Origin: Squalus acanthias | Taxonomy: Eukaryota | Direction of reading: 5' to 3' | Length of the DNA stretch: 64,000 nt | Assembly: GCA_030390025.1 (NCBI GenBank) | Contig: JASTWF010000033.1 | Location: 3,226,001-3,290,000 of the forward strand | Part shown: positions 33,884 to 46,748 of the stretch, one piece after another | Layout: each line of letters starts with the position of its first letter | Position numbering within the stretch: the stretch's first letter is position 1 | Program-made: the position numbers and the translations under genes | Notes under the pieces: model-generated | Databases searched by the model: none | Told to the model about the DNA's origin: nothing | Seen by the model: the letters and a program-made list of their open reading frames with translations, nothing else

Positions 33884-35180
33884 ATTGGATGATCAGCCAT
33901 GATCTCATTAAATGGCGGAGCAGGCTCAAAGGGCCGGATGGCCTACTCCTGCTCCTATCTTCTATGTATCTATGTATCTATATGTATAATGTTTTCAAAC
34001 CATACACTGACCGATCATTCTTAGGCCCCAAGTGGTTGATCTGACACTTGCCCACGTTGAACTCCATTAATCGCTGTTCAGGGGAGATTTAATAGAACTG
34101 TTCAAAGTTATGGGGGAAATTGTTTCCACTGGCAGGAGGGTCAGTAGGGCTGTGGGGGAAGAGCAGCGGAGTGGGACTAATTGGATAGCTCTTTCAACGA
34201 TGCTGCATCAATTGTTCATTTTAATCTGCGATTGATAGATTTTTGTTAGCGAAAGGTATTAAAGGATAATTCAAGTCTGTGAGACTCCTTATAACTGTTT
34301 CAATCATCATTAATCAACACACAACATTGTGTTGCTCACTGCAGGAATTGCTAACAAGTTTACTGAGTGACAGCCAAACTTGAATATCCTTTTATAGAAT
34401 CATAGAATCATACAGCACAGAAGGAGGCCAATCGGAAAATTATTCCCACTCCCCAACTCTTTTACAAAGCCCTGCAAGTGTTTCTTTTTCAATTTCTTTC
34501 CCTTTTGAAAGTTAATATTGAATCTGCTTTTACCACCCTGTCAGGCAGAAAAATGTGTACATCAATGTTATCCAAGTCCCATTTCACACAGTGATTTCCC
34601 TGCTTTGCATGTCATGAACTTTCATCCCTTCTCATTTTGCACACTCTATTTTAGGAGTTTGTTTAAAAATGTTCGATGCTTGTGACGTCAGCCATTGCTA
34701 GATTGAAAAGGATTGTAGCTCCTTTCCTTGGAAATCTCTACCCCAAAGTGCTGTTGATGCTCATTCGTTGAGTATATTCGAGGCTGAGATCGATAGATTT
34801 TTGGACTGCAGTGGAATCAAGGGAGTTGGGGATAGGCAGGAAAGTGGAGTTGAGGTCGAAGATCAGCCATTATCTGATTGAATGGCGGTGCAGGCTCGGG
34901 GGGCCATAGGGCCTACTCCTGCTCCTAATTCTTTCGTTCTTATGTTCTTATGTCCTTTCACAGGAGAGCAAACTCGCCCCTGGACCTGCATGAGGAGCAA
35001 GTGCCAACAAAATGTTTCCGAGAAAGTGATACCTCCTACACTGCAGAAACGTCTCCACTTTCAGTACCAGGTCTGATGGAAATGTTCAGCGAGCAGGTGA
35101 ACCGCTGAATCGCACTTTTGAGGGACTTCCCAAAGCGCATCACAAGAAATGTGTTGCCCTTAGTAATTAAATATAAGCAA

Positions 35181-35263
35181 CGTCAGAATTGGGATTCGAG
35201 CACACGCCTTCAGCGAAGGCTGTGACCTGAACGCTGCGTCTTAGACCGCGCCGCCAACCTGAC
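35181..35263 (-). pseudogene. tRNA-Leu(CAG), degenerate
   Basis: Reverse complement gtcaggttggcggcgcggtctaagacgcagcgttcaggtcacag..; paralog of 23012. Confidence 0.85.
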
Positions 35264-35908
35264 TGTTAGAACATGGACTTGTAACTTGTCACTTCCGCAT
35301 TTAGAAAGTTTCAGTCCGGGTGCTTGTTCAATGCTGCTCGAAGGCTCAGTGACCGGGATATCATCTCCCCCGGGGTGTTTCTGAGACTGTGCTCGGTGTA
35401 TGGGGAGGTTTGGCCCGGGCCCGTGGTATCTTGCAGCCCAGGGATGGACAATAACCCTGTGAGCTCTGGAGTTGGGGAAGAGCGAGTAATTAATGGGTTT
35501 GTTTCCGCGTCTGAAATGCGGCTTCGATCTGCTGGTATTAACCGAGGCCGGGGCTGCGAGATGTTGCATTTTGTTTAGGTTTATTCAGAGGAATATCCTT
35601 GTCAGGAGCTGAAAAGGACCAAGAGCTGAAAAAACACAAGACAAAAGATAAGAAATGTAAGCAATTGTGATAAACTGTTTAAAGTGTTTTCTGGTAGTTT
35701 CGTGTTTTAATTGTTTTAATCACCATTCATTAACCGATAGCGTTGTTTTTGCAGAATGAAGGAAATGCTCACACTGAGGGACAGTCGAAACTTCAATAAC
35801 TTAACTTTAACAATGTGCTCAACTTTATTCATTGATGAAGTTTTATCCCCATCTCAATTTACACTTTGTGTATTAATTTCTTTCACAAAAAATATGCTCT
35901 CGGAAATT

Positions 35909-36522
35909 GGGCTGAATATTCCGATCCCTTCGGGTGAGTAGGCGCTGTGTACACACAGCAGGGACATCAAAAAATGTCGGGGTCAGGCATGCGAATCGCA
36001 TGCGCTGAAAACCGGCATTTCCGATCTGATCACTTAACAATACTTTAAAAAAAATTAAGTTTATTTTTAGCCGCGTAAAAAACTTTAATTATTTTGTTCA
36101 AAAAATTAAATTTTTGTTAAAATATTTAATTTATTGTAATTTCAAATAATTTAAAAAAATTGGTTTTAAAAAAATATATTTAACGTGATTTAAAAAAAAA
36201 TAACGTGATTTAAAAAAAATATTTAACTTTTTACTGTGTTTTTGGTCTGATCTCCATACCTATATTTGTCAGGTCTATCTGTCACGTGCATGAAGGGAGA
36301 TTCTCTTCTTTGATGAGTTCCCCAAGATCCCAGGGTCGCTTGGAAACCGCAAGAACCTCAGGGATACATGGGCCCTGCACATTTCGAGTTGGCAGAGGCC
36401 CAGGAGCGGAAATGTCCGGACCTCCGGAGCTCTGAGGTAAGTCTGTAGATTTGATTTCCCGATTGGCGTTCTCCACACGCAGGAACTCTCCGATCGGAAA
36501 ATTGGGCTCAATGTTTCGGCCC
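35909..36522. mobile_element. MITE-like non-autonomous DNA transposon
   Basis: Imperfect TIRs GGGCTGAATATT / AATGTTTCGGCCC, AT-rich core, absent from paralog at about 23735. Confidence 0.6.
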
Positions 36523-36584
36523 AGCATTGAACCGTGGACTTTTTGCGTGTAAGGTAAACGTGATAACCGCTACATTACGTAAAC
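36519..36584 (-). pseudogene. tRNA-Val(TAC), 3' end disrupted by the MITE
   Basis: Reverse complement gtttacgtaatgtagcggttatcacgtttaccttacacgcaaaaagtccacggttcaat. Confidence 0.8.
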
Positions 36585-37107
36585 CTCTGATGCACATAGC
36601 ATCCAGAAAGATATGTTAAACGACAAGGTGAAATGCTGCATCCCAGTTTCTGGATTAATTTCCTATCACTAACATTTCTCTGACCGAAACTGCGCAAGAC
36701 AAAAATGTTCCTATCAAACTCATTAAACTCCCGAATTTCCTTCTCCCGAATCTTCTGAATCAGATGCCTCTAGTTTTGACCACGGAATCTATGTGCCTTT
36801 GCAATTTTCTGCTCCCAGTCACACTACTTACTGTGCCACTAACTTAGTGTCGTTAAACTTGGTAATATACACCTATAGAAGACTTTTGGATTACCTTTTA
36901 TGTTAGCAGCCATTCTATTCTCTTACCCTCTCTTTCCCCTCTTATTTTCCTTTTCAATTCTCCTCTGAGCTTTCTATATTTAGACTGATTATCAGATATA
37001 TTAGGATAGCTGAAGTCCCCGATTATCACTGCTCTATAGTTCATAGTCATAGATTCATAACGGCACAGAAGGAGGCCATTCGGCCCATCGAGTCCATGCT
37101 GGCGTTC

Positions 37108-38355
37108 TAAGAACATAAGAACATAAGAAATAGTAGCAAGAGTAGGCCAATCGGCCCCTCGAGCCTGCTCCGCCATTCAATAAGATCATAGCTGATCTGA
37201 TCCTAACTTCAAATCTAAAGGACACAAGAAGTAGGAGCAGGATCCGAACTCAGCCCCTGGGCCCGCTCCGCCATCCACAGGACTTTGACCGATCCGAACT
37301 CAGCCTCATGTCCAATTTCCTGCCCGCTCCCCGTAACCCCTAATTCCCTTTACTTCCAGGAAACTGTCTATTTCTGTTTTAAATTTATTTAATGAGGTAG
37401 CTTCCACAGCTTCCTGGGGCAGTAAATTCCACAGACCTACTACCCTCTGAGTGAAGAAGTTTCTCCTCATCTCAGTTTTGAAAGAGGAGCCCCTTATTCT
37501 AAGATTATGCCGCCTAGTTCTAGTTTCACCCATCCTTGGGAACATCCTTACCGCATCCACCCGATCAAGCCCCTTCACAATCTTATATGTTTCAATAAGA
37601 TCGCCTCTCAATCTTCTGAACTCCAATGAGTAGAGTCCCAATCTACTCCAGCTCTCCTCATATGTCCACCCCCTCATCCCTGGGATTAACCGAGTGAACC
37701 TTCTTTGTACTGCCTCGAGAGCAAGTATGTCTTTTCTTAATTATGGACACCAAAACAGTATGCAGTATTCCAGGTGCGGTCTCACCAATACCTTATATAA
37801 CTGCAGCAATACCTCCCTGTTTTTATCATCTATCCCCCTAGCAATAAAAGCCAACATTCCGTTGGCCTTCTTGATAGCCTGCTGCACCTGCATACTAACT
37901 TTTTGATTTTCTTGCACTAGGACCCCCAGATCCCTTTGTACTGCAGTACTTTCCAGTTTCTCGCCATTAAGTTAATAACTTGCTCTCTGATTTTTCCTGC
38001 CAAAGTGCATAACCTCACATTTTCCAATATTGTATTGCATCTGCCAAATCTCCACCCACTCACCCAGCCTATCTATATCCCCTTGTAGGTTTTTTTGCCC
38101 TCTTCACATTCTACTTTCCCTCCCATCTTTGTATCATCTGCAAACTTTGATATGTTACACTGGGTCCCCTCCTCCAAATCGTTAATATAGATTGTAAAGA
38201 GTTGGGGACCCAGCTTGACACCTGTGGAACACCACTGACTACTGGTTGCCCGTCCGAGAATGAACCATTTATCCCAACTCGCTGCTTCCTGTTAGATAAC
38301 CTATCCTCCACCCGTGCCAGAATATTACCCCCAATCCAGCGATTTTTTATCTTGA
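37108..38355 (-). mobile_element. Younger CR1 nested in an older CR1 3' UTR
   Basis: (TAAGAACA)n tail at 37108; older CR1 resumes at 38356. Confidence 0.88.
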
Positions 38356-39072
38356 GCAATCCAGTCAGTCCCATTCCCCCCGCTCTGTCCCCGTAGCCCA
38401 GCAAGTTTATTTCCCTCAAGTGCCCATCGACTCTCCAGTTGAAAACTTTGAGCGTCTCCGTTTCCACCACTTCCGTCGGCAGCGAGTTCCAGGTCCTCAC
38501 CACTCGCTGCGTAAAATAGTTTTGCTCACATTCCCCCTGTATCTCTTGCCCCAAAACCTTAAATCTGTGTCCCCCAGTCCTTGTACCATCAACTAGTGGC
38601 AACAGCCTTTCCCCGTCTTGCCTATCCAAACTCATCAGAATCTTGTCCACCTCTATCAAATCACCCCTCAACCTCCTTTTTCTTAAAATACTCCTATGCA
38701 GCGCATTGGGACGTTTTACTACGTTAAAGGCGCTATATAAATAAATGTTGTTGTTGTAATGAAAACAAATGCAGCTTCTCCAACCTGTCCTTGTAGCTAA
38801 GATCCCCCATCCCCGGAAACAATCCGGTAAATCTCCACTGCACCCTCTCAGGGGCCTGCACATCCTTCCTAAAGTGTGGTGACCAGAACTGGACGCAGGT
38901 GGTGAAAGCGGGCGTGAGACGGTGACTGACACGTGAGCGCTGCTTCTGATGCTGGCTGACACCCGGTGGGAGTGGGCGGGGATTTTAAAGCCCTTTAATT
39001 ACTCCAAGTCAGGAGAAATCAAACAGTGCTTGAGAAACTTGCATATATACAAACATCGCCGCTTGCATTGTG

Positions 39073-39144
39073 GACCTCGTGGCGCAACGGTAGCGCGTCT
39101 GACTGCAGATCAAAAGGCTGCGTGTTCAAATCACGGCGGGGTCA
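39073..39144 (+). tRNA. tRNA-Trp body with GCA (Cys) anticodon
   Basis: gacctcgtggcgcaacggtagcgcgtctga-ct-GCA-ga-tcaaaaggctgcgtgttcaaatcacggcggggtca; A and B boxes intact. Confidence 0.88.
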
Positions 39145-39598
39145 TTGTTCTATTGGATAATCCCGGAATTAATATTTTCTTTGCTATTTCACAATAATCA
39201 GAAACTTGCACCAAAGACTATCTCACTGTTTCCCCAGTGTAAGGGAAAGAATCGCCTGAATGCCTCATTTATTTAATGTGACAAGACACAAGCACAGGTA
39301 TTCGTTCAAAATCAACCTGCAGGTGGCCACACACAGAGTAAACAGAGCCAGCGAGACAGACAAAATCGGGAAACACCGGGAAATAGACAAGAGACATTGA
39401 CAAGGAATAAAAGCTCTTTGCGATCAGAAAATGCCTGAAACCCTGTGGTTAATGAAAGGGTTTTTGATGCTTGATTTCCTTACACACCTTGGAATTCAGG
39501 AGAACCTGGTTCGTGGTTTGCAGAACAAGCTGAAACCCTAGGGCGGAGCCAACAGGCGCCTGGCTGCAATCAGAGACAAGGACGCGCTAATTTATCAG

Positions 39599-39673
39599 GC
39601 CCGGCTTGCTCAGTCGGTAGAGCCTGAGACTCTTAATCTCAGCGTCGTGGGTTCGAGCCCCAATAATTGGGCG
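39599..39673 (+). tRNA. tRNA-Lys(CTT), 2-nt insertion near 3' end (probable pseudogene)
   Basis: gcccggcttgctcagtcggtagagcctgagactcttaatctcag..gggttcgagcccc. Confidence 0.88.
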
Positions 39674-39889
39674 AATGCTGTTTGTTAAACATGTATGCTG
39701 CTTCCACGGGAAAGCGTCATTAATTAACCGATAACCTTATTTTGCCCAATGAAAGAAATGCTAACTGAGGGAGAGTCGATATACAATAATTTAATTTGTG
39801 CTTTGCATGTTACCCATATCTCATTTTGTCAAATTGAACATGATCGGTTATTTCTACAGTGCACAGAAAATAGAATCAGCAGTGAACAT

Positions 39890-40857
39890 CAAAAGCAGAG
39901 AAGGAGGCCATCCGGCCCATCGAGCCCATGCCTGCTCGCTGCAAAACACTTCAGCAAGTCCCAATCCCCCGCCCTTAGCCCTGCAATATATTTTCTCATC
40001 GGGTACTTATCCAATTCCCTTCTGAGAGCCACGATTGAATCGGTCTCCACCACGCTTTCAGTCAGTGCATTCCAGATCCTTATCACTCGCTACGCAACGT
40101 TTTTTTTCGTCATGTCGCCTTTGCTTCTTCTGCCAATCACCTTAAATCTTGATCCTCTGGTTTTCGACCCTTCCACCAATGGGAACAGTTTCTCTCTATC
40201 GACCCTGTCTAGAACCCTCGTGATTTTGCGCACCTCTATCAAATCATCTCGCAATCTTCTCTGCTCTAAGGAGAACAACGACAGCTTCTCCAGCCTATCC
40301 ACGTAACTGAAGTCCCTCATCCCCGAAACAAGCTTGTGAATCTTTTCTGCCTTCACATCCTTTCAAAAATGTTGTGCCCAGAATCCTCCACCTGAGGCCT
40401 AACTAATAATGTATAAAGGCTGAGCATTACTTCCTTGCTTTTGTAATCTATGACTCTATTAATAAAGCCAAGGATTCCGTATGCTTTTTAACAGCCTTTT
40501 CAACTTATCCCGCCACCTTCAAAGATGGATAAATACACCCCCAGGTCTCTTTGTTCCTGCACCCGATTTAAAATTGTACCATTTAGTTTGTGTTGCATCT
40601 CCTCAATCTTCCTACCAAAATGGATCACTTCACACTTCTCTGTGTTAAATTGCATCTGCTGTGTCTCTGCCCATTTCACCACTCGGTAGATGTCCTCATG
40701 AAGTCTGTTACTTTCCGTATCATTGTTTACTACATTTCTGAGTCTCCTGTCATCTGCAAACTTGGAGATTCAGCCCAGTATACCCAAGTCCAGGTCATTA
40801 ATATATATGAAAAAGAGCAGTGGTCCTAATACAGACTCCTGGGGAACACCACTGCAT
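39890..40857 (-). mobile_element. CR1 3' fragment
   Basis: YVDRLEKLSLFSLEQRRLR..IRIWNAL remnants. Confidence 0.85.
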
Positions 40858-41005
40858 CCTCCTATCCCCTGTTCCCTTGCCTCTGTACTTGCTTAAAACC
40901 TGTTACATCTCTAACTTTTTTCAGTTCTGACGAGAGGTCAGCGACCTGAAACGTTATCTGTGTTTCTCTCTCCACAGATGCTGCCTGACCTGCTGAGTAT
41001 TTCCT
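40858..41005 (+). mobile_element. Penelope-associated repeat with hammerhead-like core at 40923-40959
   Basis: agtt-CTGACGA-g-aggtc-agc-gacct-GAA-acgt-t-atct followed by gatgctgcctgacctgctgagt. Confidence 0.6.
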
Positions 41006-41426
41006 CTTTTTAATTAAGACACAAACACATTCGTTCAAAATCAAAATCAACCTGCAGGTGGCTACACACAGATTAAACAGAGCCAGAGAGACAAACAGAA
41101 TCGGGAACCATCGGGAAATAGACAAGAGATATTGACAAGGACTAAAAACGCTTTGCTTTCTGAAAATTGCCTGACCGCCTGTAGTTAATTTGATGGTTGA
41201 TTTCCTTACACACCTTGGACTTCAGGAGAACCTGGTTCTAGGGGATAGATGGCCTCCTCCTGTTGCTATGTTCCCATGTGTAAAGTCTGGATCAATTTCT
41301 GCCAATCTCACAGCCTTCCTAAATATAGCACCGTAATTCTATTCTTATAAAACAAGCCCCTGAAGTATCCGCCAGCTGTGCAAGTTCATACTCTAGTTAT
41401 GTTCGAAATCTAACGAGCAGCTCAGC

Positions 41427-41497
41427 GTTTCCGTGGTGTGGTGATTATCACGTTCACCTAATGTGAAAAGATCCCGGATTGAAACTGGGCGGAAGCA
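41427..41497 (+). pseudogene. tRNA-Val, anticodon loop deletion
   Basis: gtttccgtggtgtggtgattatcacgttcacctaatgtgaaa.. Confidence 0.8.
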
Positions 41498-41619
41498 TTG
41501 TTAAAAACATGTTAAACAAAATATTCGATAGAATATTAGAATAATACACATTTGTGGTTCAATATTAACAACTATTACATTTGCTGTTCCTCTGTACAGT
41601 TCTGTTCACACTCACAGGG

Positions 41620-43875
41620 TCAAAGAGATGGTATGGAAATGGAATGGCAGCCAACATAAAAGGTAATCCAAAAGCCTTCTCCAGGCATTTAAATAGAAAA
41701 CGTGTCGTAAGAGGAGGGGTGGGGCCGAATGGGACCAAAATGGAGACCGACGCATGGAGGCAGAGGGCATGGCTGAGCTACGAAATGAGTACTTTGCATC
41801 TGCCTGCACCAAGGAAGAGGATGCTGCCACAGACATAGTGAAGGAGGAGGTAGTGGAGACACTTGATACTATAATAATTGATAAAGAAGAGGAATTAGTA
41901 AGGCTGGCTGTGCTTAAAGTAGATAAATCACCAGGAGCGGATGGGATGCATCCTTGGAAACTGAGGGAAGTAAATGTGGAAATCGTGGAACAACTGGCCA
42001 TAATATTCCAATCCTCCATAGATACGGGGATGGTGCCAGAGGACTGGAGAATTGCAAATGTTACACCATTGTTCAAAAAAGGGTATAACGATAAACTCAG
42101 CAACTACAGGCCAGTCAGGTTAACCTCGGTATATGGAAGCTTTTAAAACAGCAATCAGGGTCAAAATTTACAGTCACTTGGATAGGTGCGGATTAATAAA
42201 AGAAAGCCAGCACGGTTTTGTGAAAGGTTAATCGTGCTTAACCATCGTGTTTTTCGCTGCCGAACGGCCTACACCTGCTCTTGTTTCTCTTTTAGTGATG
42301 TTAAGATTGGGTCCCACTTGAGAAATCTTAAAAGAAGTGGCTTGTGAGATAGTTGATGCGTTAGTTTTAATTTTCCAAAATTCCCTAGATTCGGGGAAGG
42401 TTCCATTAGATTGGAAAATAGCGAATGTAACTCCTTTATTCAAAAAGGGAGGGAGACAGAAAGCAGGAAACTACAGGCCAGTTAGCTTAACATCTGTCAT
42501 AGGGAAGATGTTAGAAGCTATTATTAAAGACGTTACAGCAGGGCACTTAGAAAAGTTCAAAGTAATCAGGCAGACTCAACATGGTTTTGTGCAAGGGAAA
42601 TCATGTTTTACCAATTTATTGGAGTTCTTTGAGGAAGTAACATATGCTGTGCATAAATGGAAATCGGTGGATCTACTGTTCTTAGATTTCCAGAAGGCAT
42701 TTGATAAGGTGCCACATCAAAGGTTATTGCGGAAAATAAAAGTTCATGGTGTAGGGGGTAACATATTGGCATGGATAGAAGATTGGCTAGCTAACAGGAA
42801 ACAGAGAGTAGGCATAAATGGGTCATTTTCTCATTGGCAAAATGTAACAAGTGGTGTGCCACAGGAATCAGTGCTGGGGTCTCAACTTTTTACAATTTAT
42901 ATCAATGACTTGGATGAAGGGACCGAAGGTATGGTTGCTAAATTTGCTGATGACACAAAGATTGGTAGGAAAGTAAATTGTGAAGAGGACCTAAGGAGGC
43001 TACAGATGGGATATATATAGGTTAAGTGAGTGGGCAATGAACTGGCAAATGGAGTATAATATGGGAAAATGTGAAGTCGTCCATTTTGGCAGGAAGAATA
43101 AAAAAGAAGCATATTATCTAAATGGTGAGAGATTGCAGAGCTCTGAGATGCAGAAGGATCTGTGTATCCTAGTGCATGAATCGTAAAAGGTTACTATGCA
43201 GGTACAGCAAGTAATTAGGAAATCTAATAAAATGTTCTCGTTTATTTAGAGGGGAATTGAATACAGAAGTAGGGAGGTTATGTTGCAGTTATACAGGGCA
43301 TTGGTGAAACCACACCTGGAGTACTGTGTACTGTATTGGTCTCCTTATTTAAGGAAGTATGTAAATGCGTTGGAAGCAGTTCAGAGAAGGTTTACTAGAC
43401 TAATACCTGGAATGGGCGGGTTGTCTTATGAGGAAAGGTTGGACAGGCTAGGTTTGTATCCGCTTGAGTTTAGCAGAGAAAGAGGTGACTTGATTGAAAC
43501 ATATAAGATCCTAAGGGGTCTGGACAGGGTGGATGTGGAGAGGATGATTCCTCTTGTGGGAGAATCTAGAACTAGGGGTTACAGATTAAAAATAATGGGT
43601 CGCCCATTTAAAACAGAGATGAAGAGAATTTTTCTCACAGAGGGTCGTGAGTCTTTGGAACTCTCTTCCTCAGAGGGAGGTAGAAGCAGAGTCTTTGAAT
43701 ATTTTTAAGGCAGAGGTAGATAGATTCTTGGTAAGCAAGAGGGTGAAAAGTTATCGGGGGTAGGCGGGAATGTGGAGTAATCGGATCAGCCATGATCTTA
43801 TTGAATGGCAGAGCAGGCTCGAAGGGCCGAGTGGCCTACTCCTGCTCCTAATTCGTATGTTCGGATGTTCGTAAT
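41620..43875 (+). mobile_element. Two adjacent CR1 pieces (41620-42245 and 42320-43875)
   Basis: KSPGADG, NYRPVSLTS (twice), FADD motifs, 3' tail at about 43855. Confidence 0.9.
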
Positions 43876-44023
43876 AACCATACTTGGCACAATAACAACA
43901 AGTGGGTCAGGTTATCCATATCAGTCAGATGGAATACCTGTGAGGTAAAAAGTTGTGTTTGATTCTTACGTTATATTTGCTTCAATTATTTCCTTTTATT
44001 TCTAGTTTTAAACCGGGACAACC

Positions 44024-45550
44024 ATAGAGTCATAGAGTCATAGAGTTATACAGCACAGAAAGAGGCCCTTCGGCCCATCGTGTCTGCGCCGGCCATCAAG
44101 CCCTGTCTATTCTAATCCCATTTTCCAGCACTTGGTCCGTAGCCTTGTATGCTATGGCGTTTCAAGTGCTCATCTAAATGCTTCTTGAATGTTGTGAGGG
44201 TTCCTGCCTCTACCACCCTTTCAGGCAGTGAGTTCCAGATTCCAACCACCCTCTGGGTGAAAAATGTTTTCCTCAAATCCCCTCTAAACCTCCTGCCCCT
44301 TACCTTGAAACTATGCACCCTGGTGATTGACCCCTCTACTAAGGGGAAAAGTTCCTCTCTATCTACCCTATCTATGCCCCTCATAATTTTGTACACCTCA
44401 ATCAGGACCCCCTCAGCCTTCGCTGCTCCAAGGAAAACAACCCCAGCCTGTCCAGTCTCCCTTCATAGCTGAAACGCTCCAGCCCAGGTAACATCCTGGT
44501 GAATCTTCTCTGCACCCTCTCGAATGCAATCACATCCTTCCTATAGTGTGGCGACCAGAACTGCACACAGTATTCCAGCTGTGGCCTAACTAGCATTTTG
44601 TACAGCTCCATCATAACCTTCCTGCTCTTATATTCTATGCCTTGGCTAATGAAGGCAAGTATCCCATATGCCTTCTTAACCACCTTATCTACCTGTCCTG
44701 CTGCCTTCAGGGATCTATGTACATGCACACCAAGGTCCCTCTGAATCCCTGTCCTTCCTAGGGTCCTACCATTCATTGTGTATTCCCTTGCCTTGTTAGT
44801 CTTCCCAAAATGCGCTCACAATTTTCAGGGTTAAATTCCATTTGCCATTGTTCTGCCCATCTGACCAACCCGTCTATATCGTCCTGTAGACTGAGGCTTC
44901 CCTCCTCGCTATTAACCACTCTACCAATTTTCGTGTCGTCTGCGAACTTACTGATCATACCTCCTACATTCATATCTAAATCATTAATGTACACTACAAA
45001 CAGCAACTGACCCAGCACCGATCCCTGCGGTACACCACTGGACAAAGGCTTCCAGTCACAAAAACAACCTTTGACCATCACCTTCTGCCTCCTGCCACTA
45101 AGCCAATTTTGGATCCAATGTGCCAAATTGCCCTGGATCCCATGGGCTCTTACCTTCTTGACCAGTCTCCCATGCGGGACTTAGTGAAAAGCCTTACTGA
45201 AGTCCATGTAGACTACATCAACTGCACTACTCTCATGCACACACCTAGTCACCCCCTCAAAAAATTCAATCAAATTGGTTAGACATGATCTCCCCCTGAC
45301 AAAGCCATGCTTACTATTCTTGATTAATCCTTGCCTCTCCAAGTGGAGACTATTTTGGTCCCTCAGATTTTTTTCCAATTATTTCCCTACCACTGACGTT
45401 GGGCTCACTGGCCTGTAATTCCCTGGTTTATCCCTACTACCCTTGTTGAATAATGGTACTACGTTAGCTGTCCGCCAGTCCTCTGGCACCTCCCCTGTGG
45501 CCAGAGAGGTTCTGAAAATGTGTGTCAGAGCCCCTGCAATCTTCTCCCTT
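44024..45550 (-). mobile_element. CR1, 5'-truncated
   Basis: (CATAGAGT)n tail; [27 protein letters not shown]. Confidence 0.92.
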
Positions 45551-46174
45551 GCCAGAATAACGTCATCTCCTACACAAAGCCATGGGAAAATTACAAATTG
45601 ATTTGGTAACTTTTCTTGCATTGCATAGGAGTACATAGGATTACATAGGATATACAGCACATAAACAGGCATTTCGGCCCAACCAGTCCATGCTGGCGTT
45701 TATGCTCCACTAGAGCCTCCTCCCGTCTTTCGACATCTAACTCTGTCAGCAGAACCCACTATTCCCTTCTCCCTCATATGACTATCAACCAGCTCTCCCG
45801 CAACCGGTGCGGTCTCCCTTCAAGCCTTTTGGTGCCTTGTCTGTGAGGAAGTATTCTGATTGTCCCGAATCCGGTATTAGGTTTATATTCCTGATCTGCA
45901 GTAACGAGAATCTTTCACTTGGCTCCGATCAGTTAAATACACCGGTAACATCAGAGTAAATGTCTCATTGTCTTAAACCAGGGAAAGGTGCCTTGATCGC
46001 CCCCGGTCAGTCGGGCAGTTCAGCTCTTCATTCTCCGCTCATTCCGTTTCCAAAAGCGTTTCTAAAGATTCACAAAACTGTTCACTGTATTTTCTTTTTG
46101 GGCTCTTTTCGATTTTTCCCGCTCCCAACTGGCAATATTTTCCAAATGTTGTCGCAATCCTCCGCCTTACATCA

Positions 46175-46636
46175 TGTCCAGGGATGAGGGACTTCAGTGA
46201 TGTGGAGAGTCTGGAGAAGCTGGGATTGTTCTCCTTATGGCAGAGAAGGTTAACGGGAGATTTAATAGAGGTGTTCACCATTATGGGGCGGGTGGGGGCG
46301 TTGATGGAGCAGACAGGGAGAAACTGATTCCACTGGCAGGAGGATCGGTTACCAGAGGACACAGATTTAAGATAATCGGTAAAACAAAAAGCCAGGGAGG
46401 AGGCGAGGCGATTTTTTTTTACGCAGCGAGTTGTTATGATCTGGAATGCACTCCTTGAAAGGTCGGTGGAAGCTGATTCAATAGTATCTTTCAAAAGGGA
46501 ATGTAAAAAGTAAAACATTGCAGGGCTAAGGGAAGAGCAGGAGAGTGGGACTAATTGGAAAGCTCTTTCAAAGAGCCGGCACAGCCACGATGGGCCGAAT
46601 AGCCTCCTTTAGTGCTGTATGATTCTATGATTCTAT
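46175..46636 (+). mobile_element. CR1 3' fragment
   Basis: 3' UTR and (ATTCTATG)n tail. Confidence 0.82.
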
Positions 46637-46748
46637 GTCCCATCCTTGACAGCAGCCCCTACCCACCTGAAGCGTTTCCCCACCTCTCCCGTGTGTGAGC
46701 TGTAAAATGTAGTGGAGGAGAAGGATTGTGAGCTTTTAGTGTGGGACA

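Noticed and set aside
45790..46170. Unique stretch checked for snRNA, Y RNA or exon
   Set aside because: No match to remembered U1-U6, Y, 7SL or 7SK motifs and no clear reading frame
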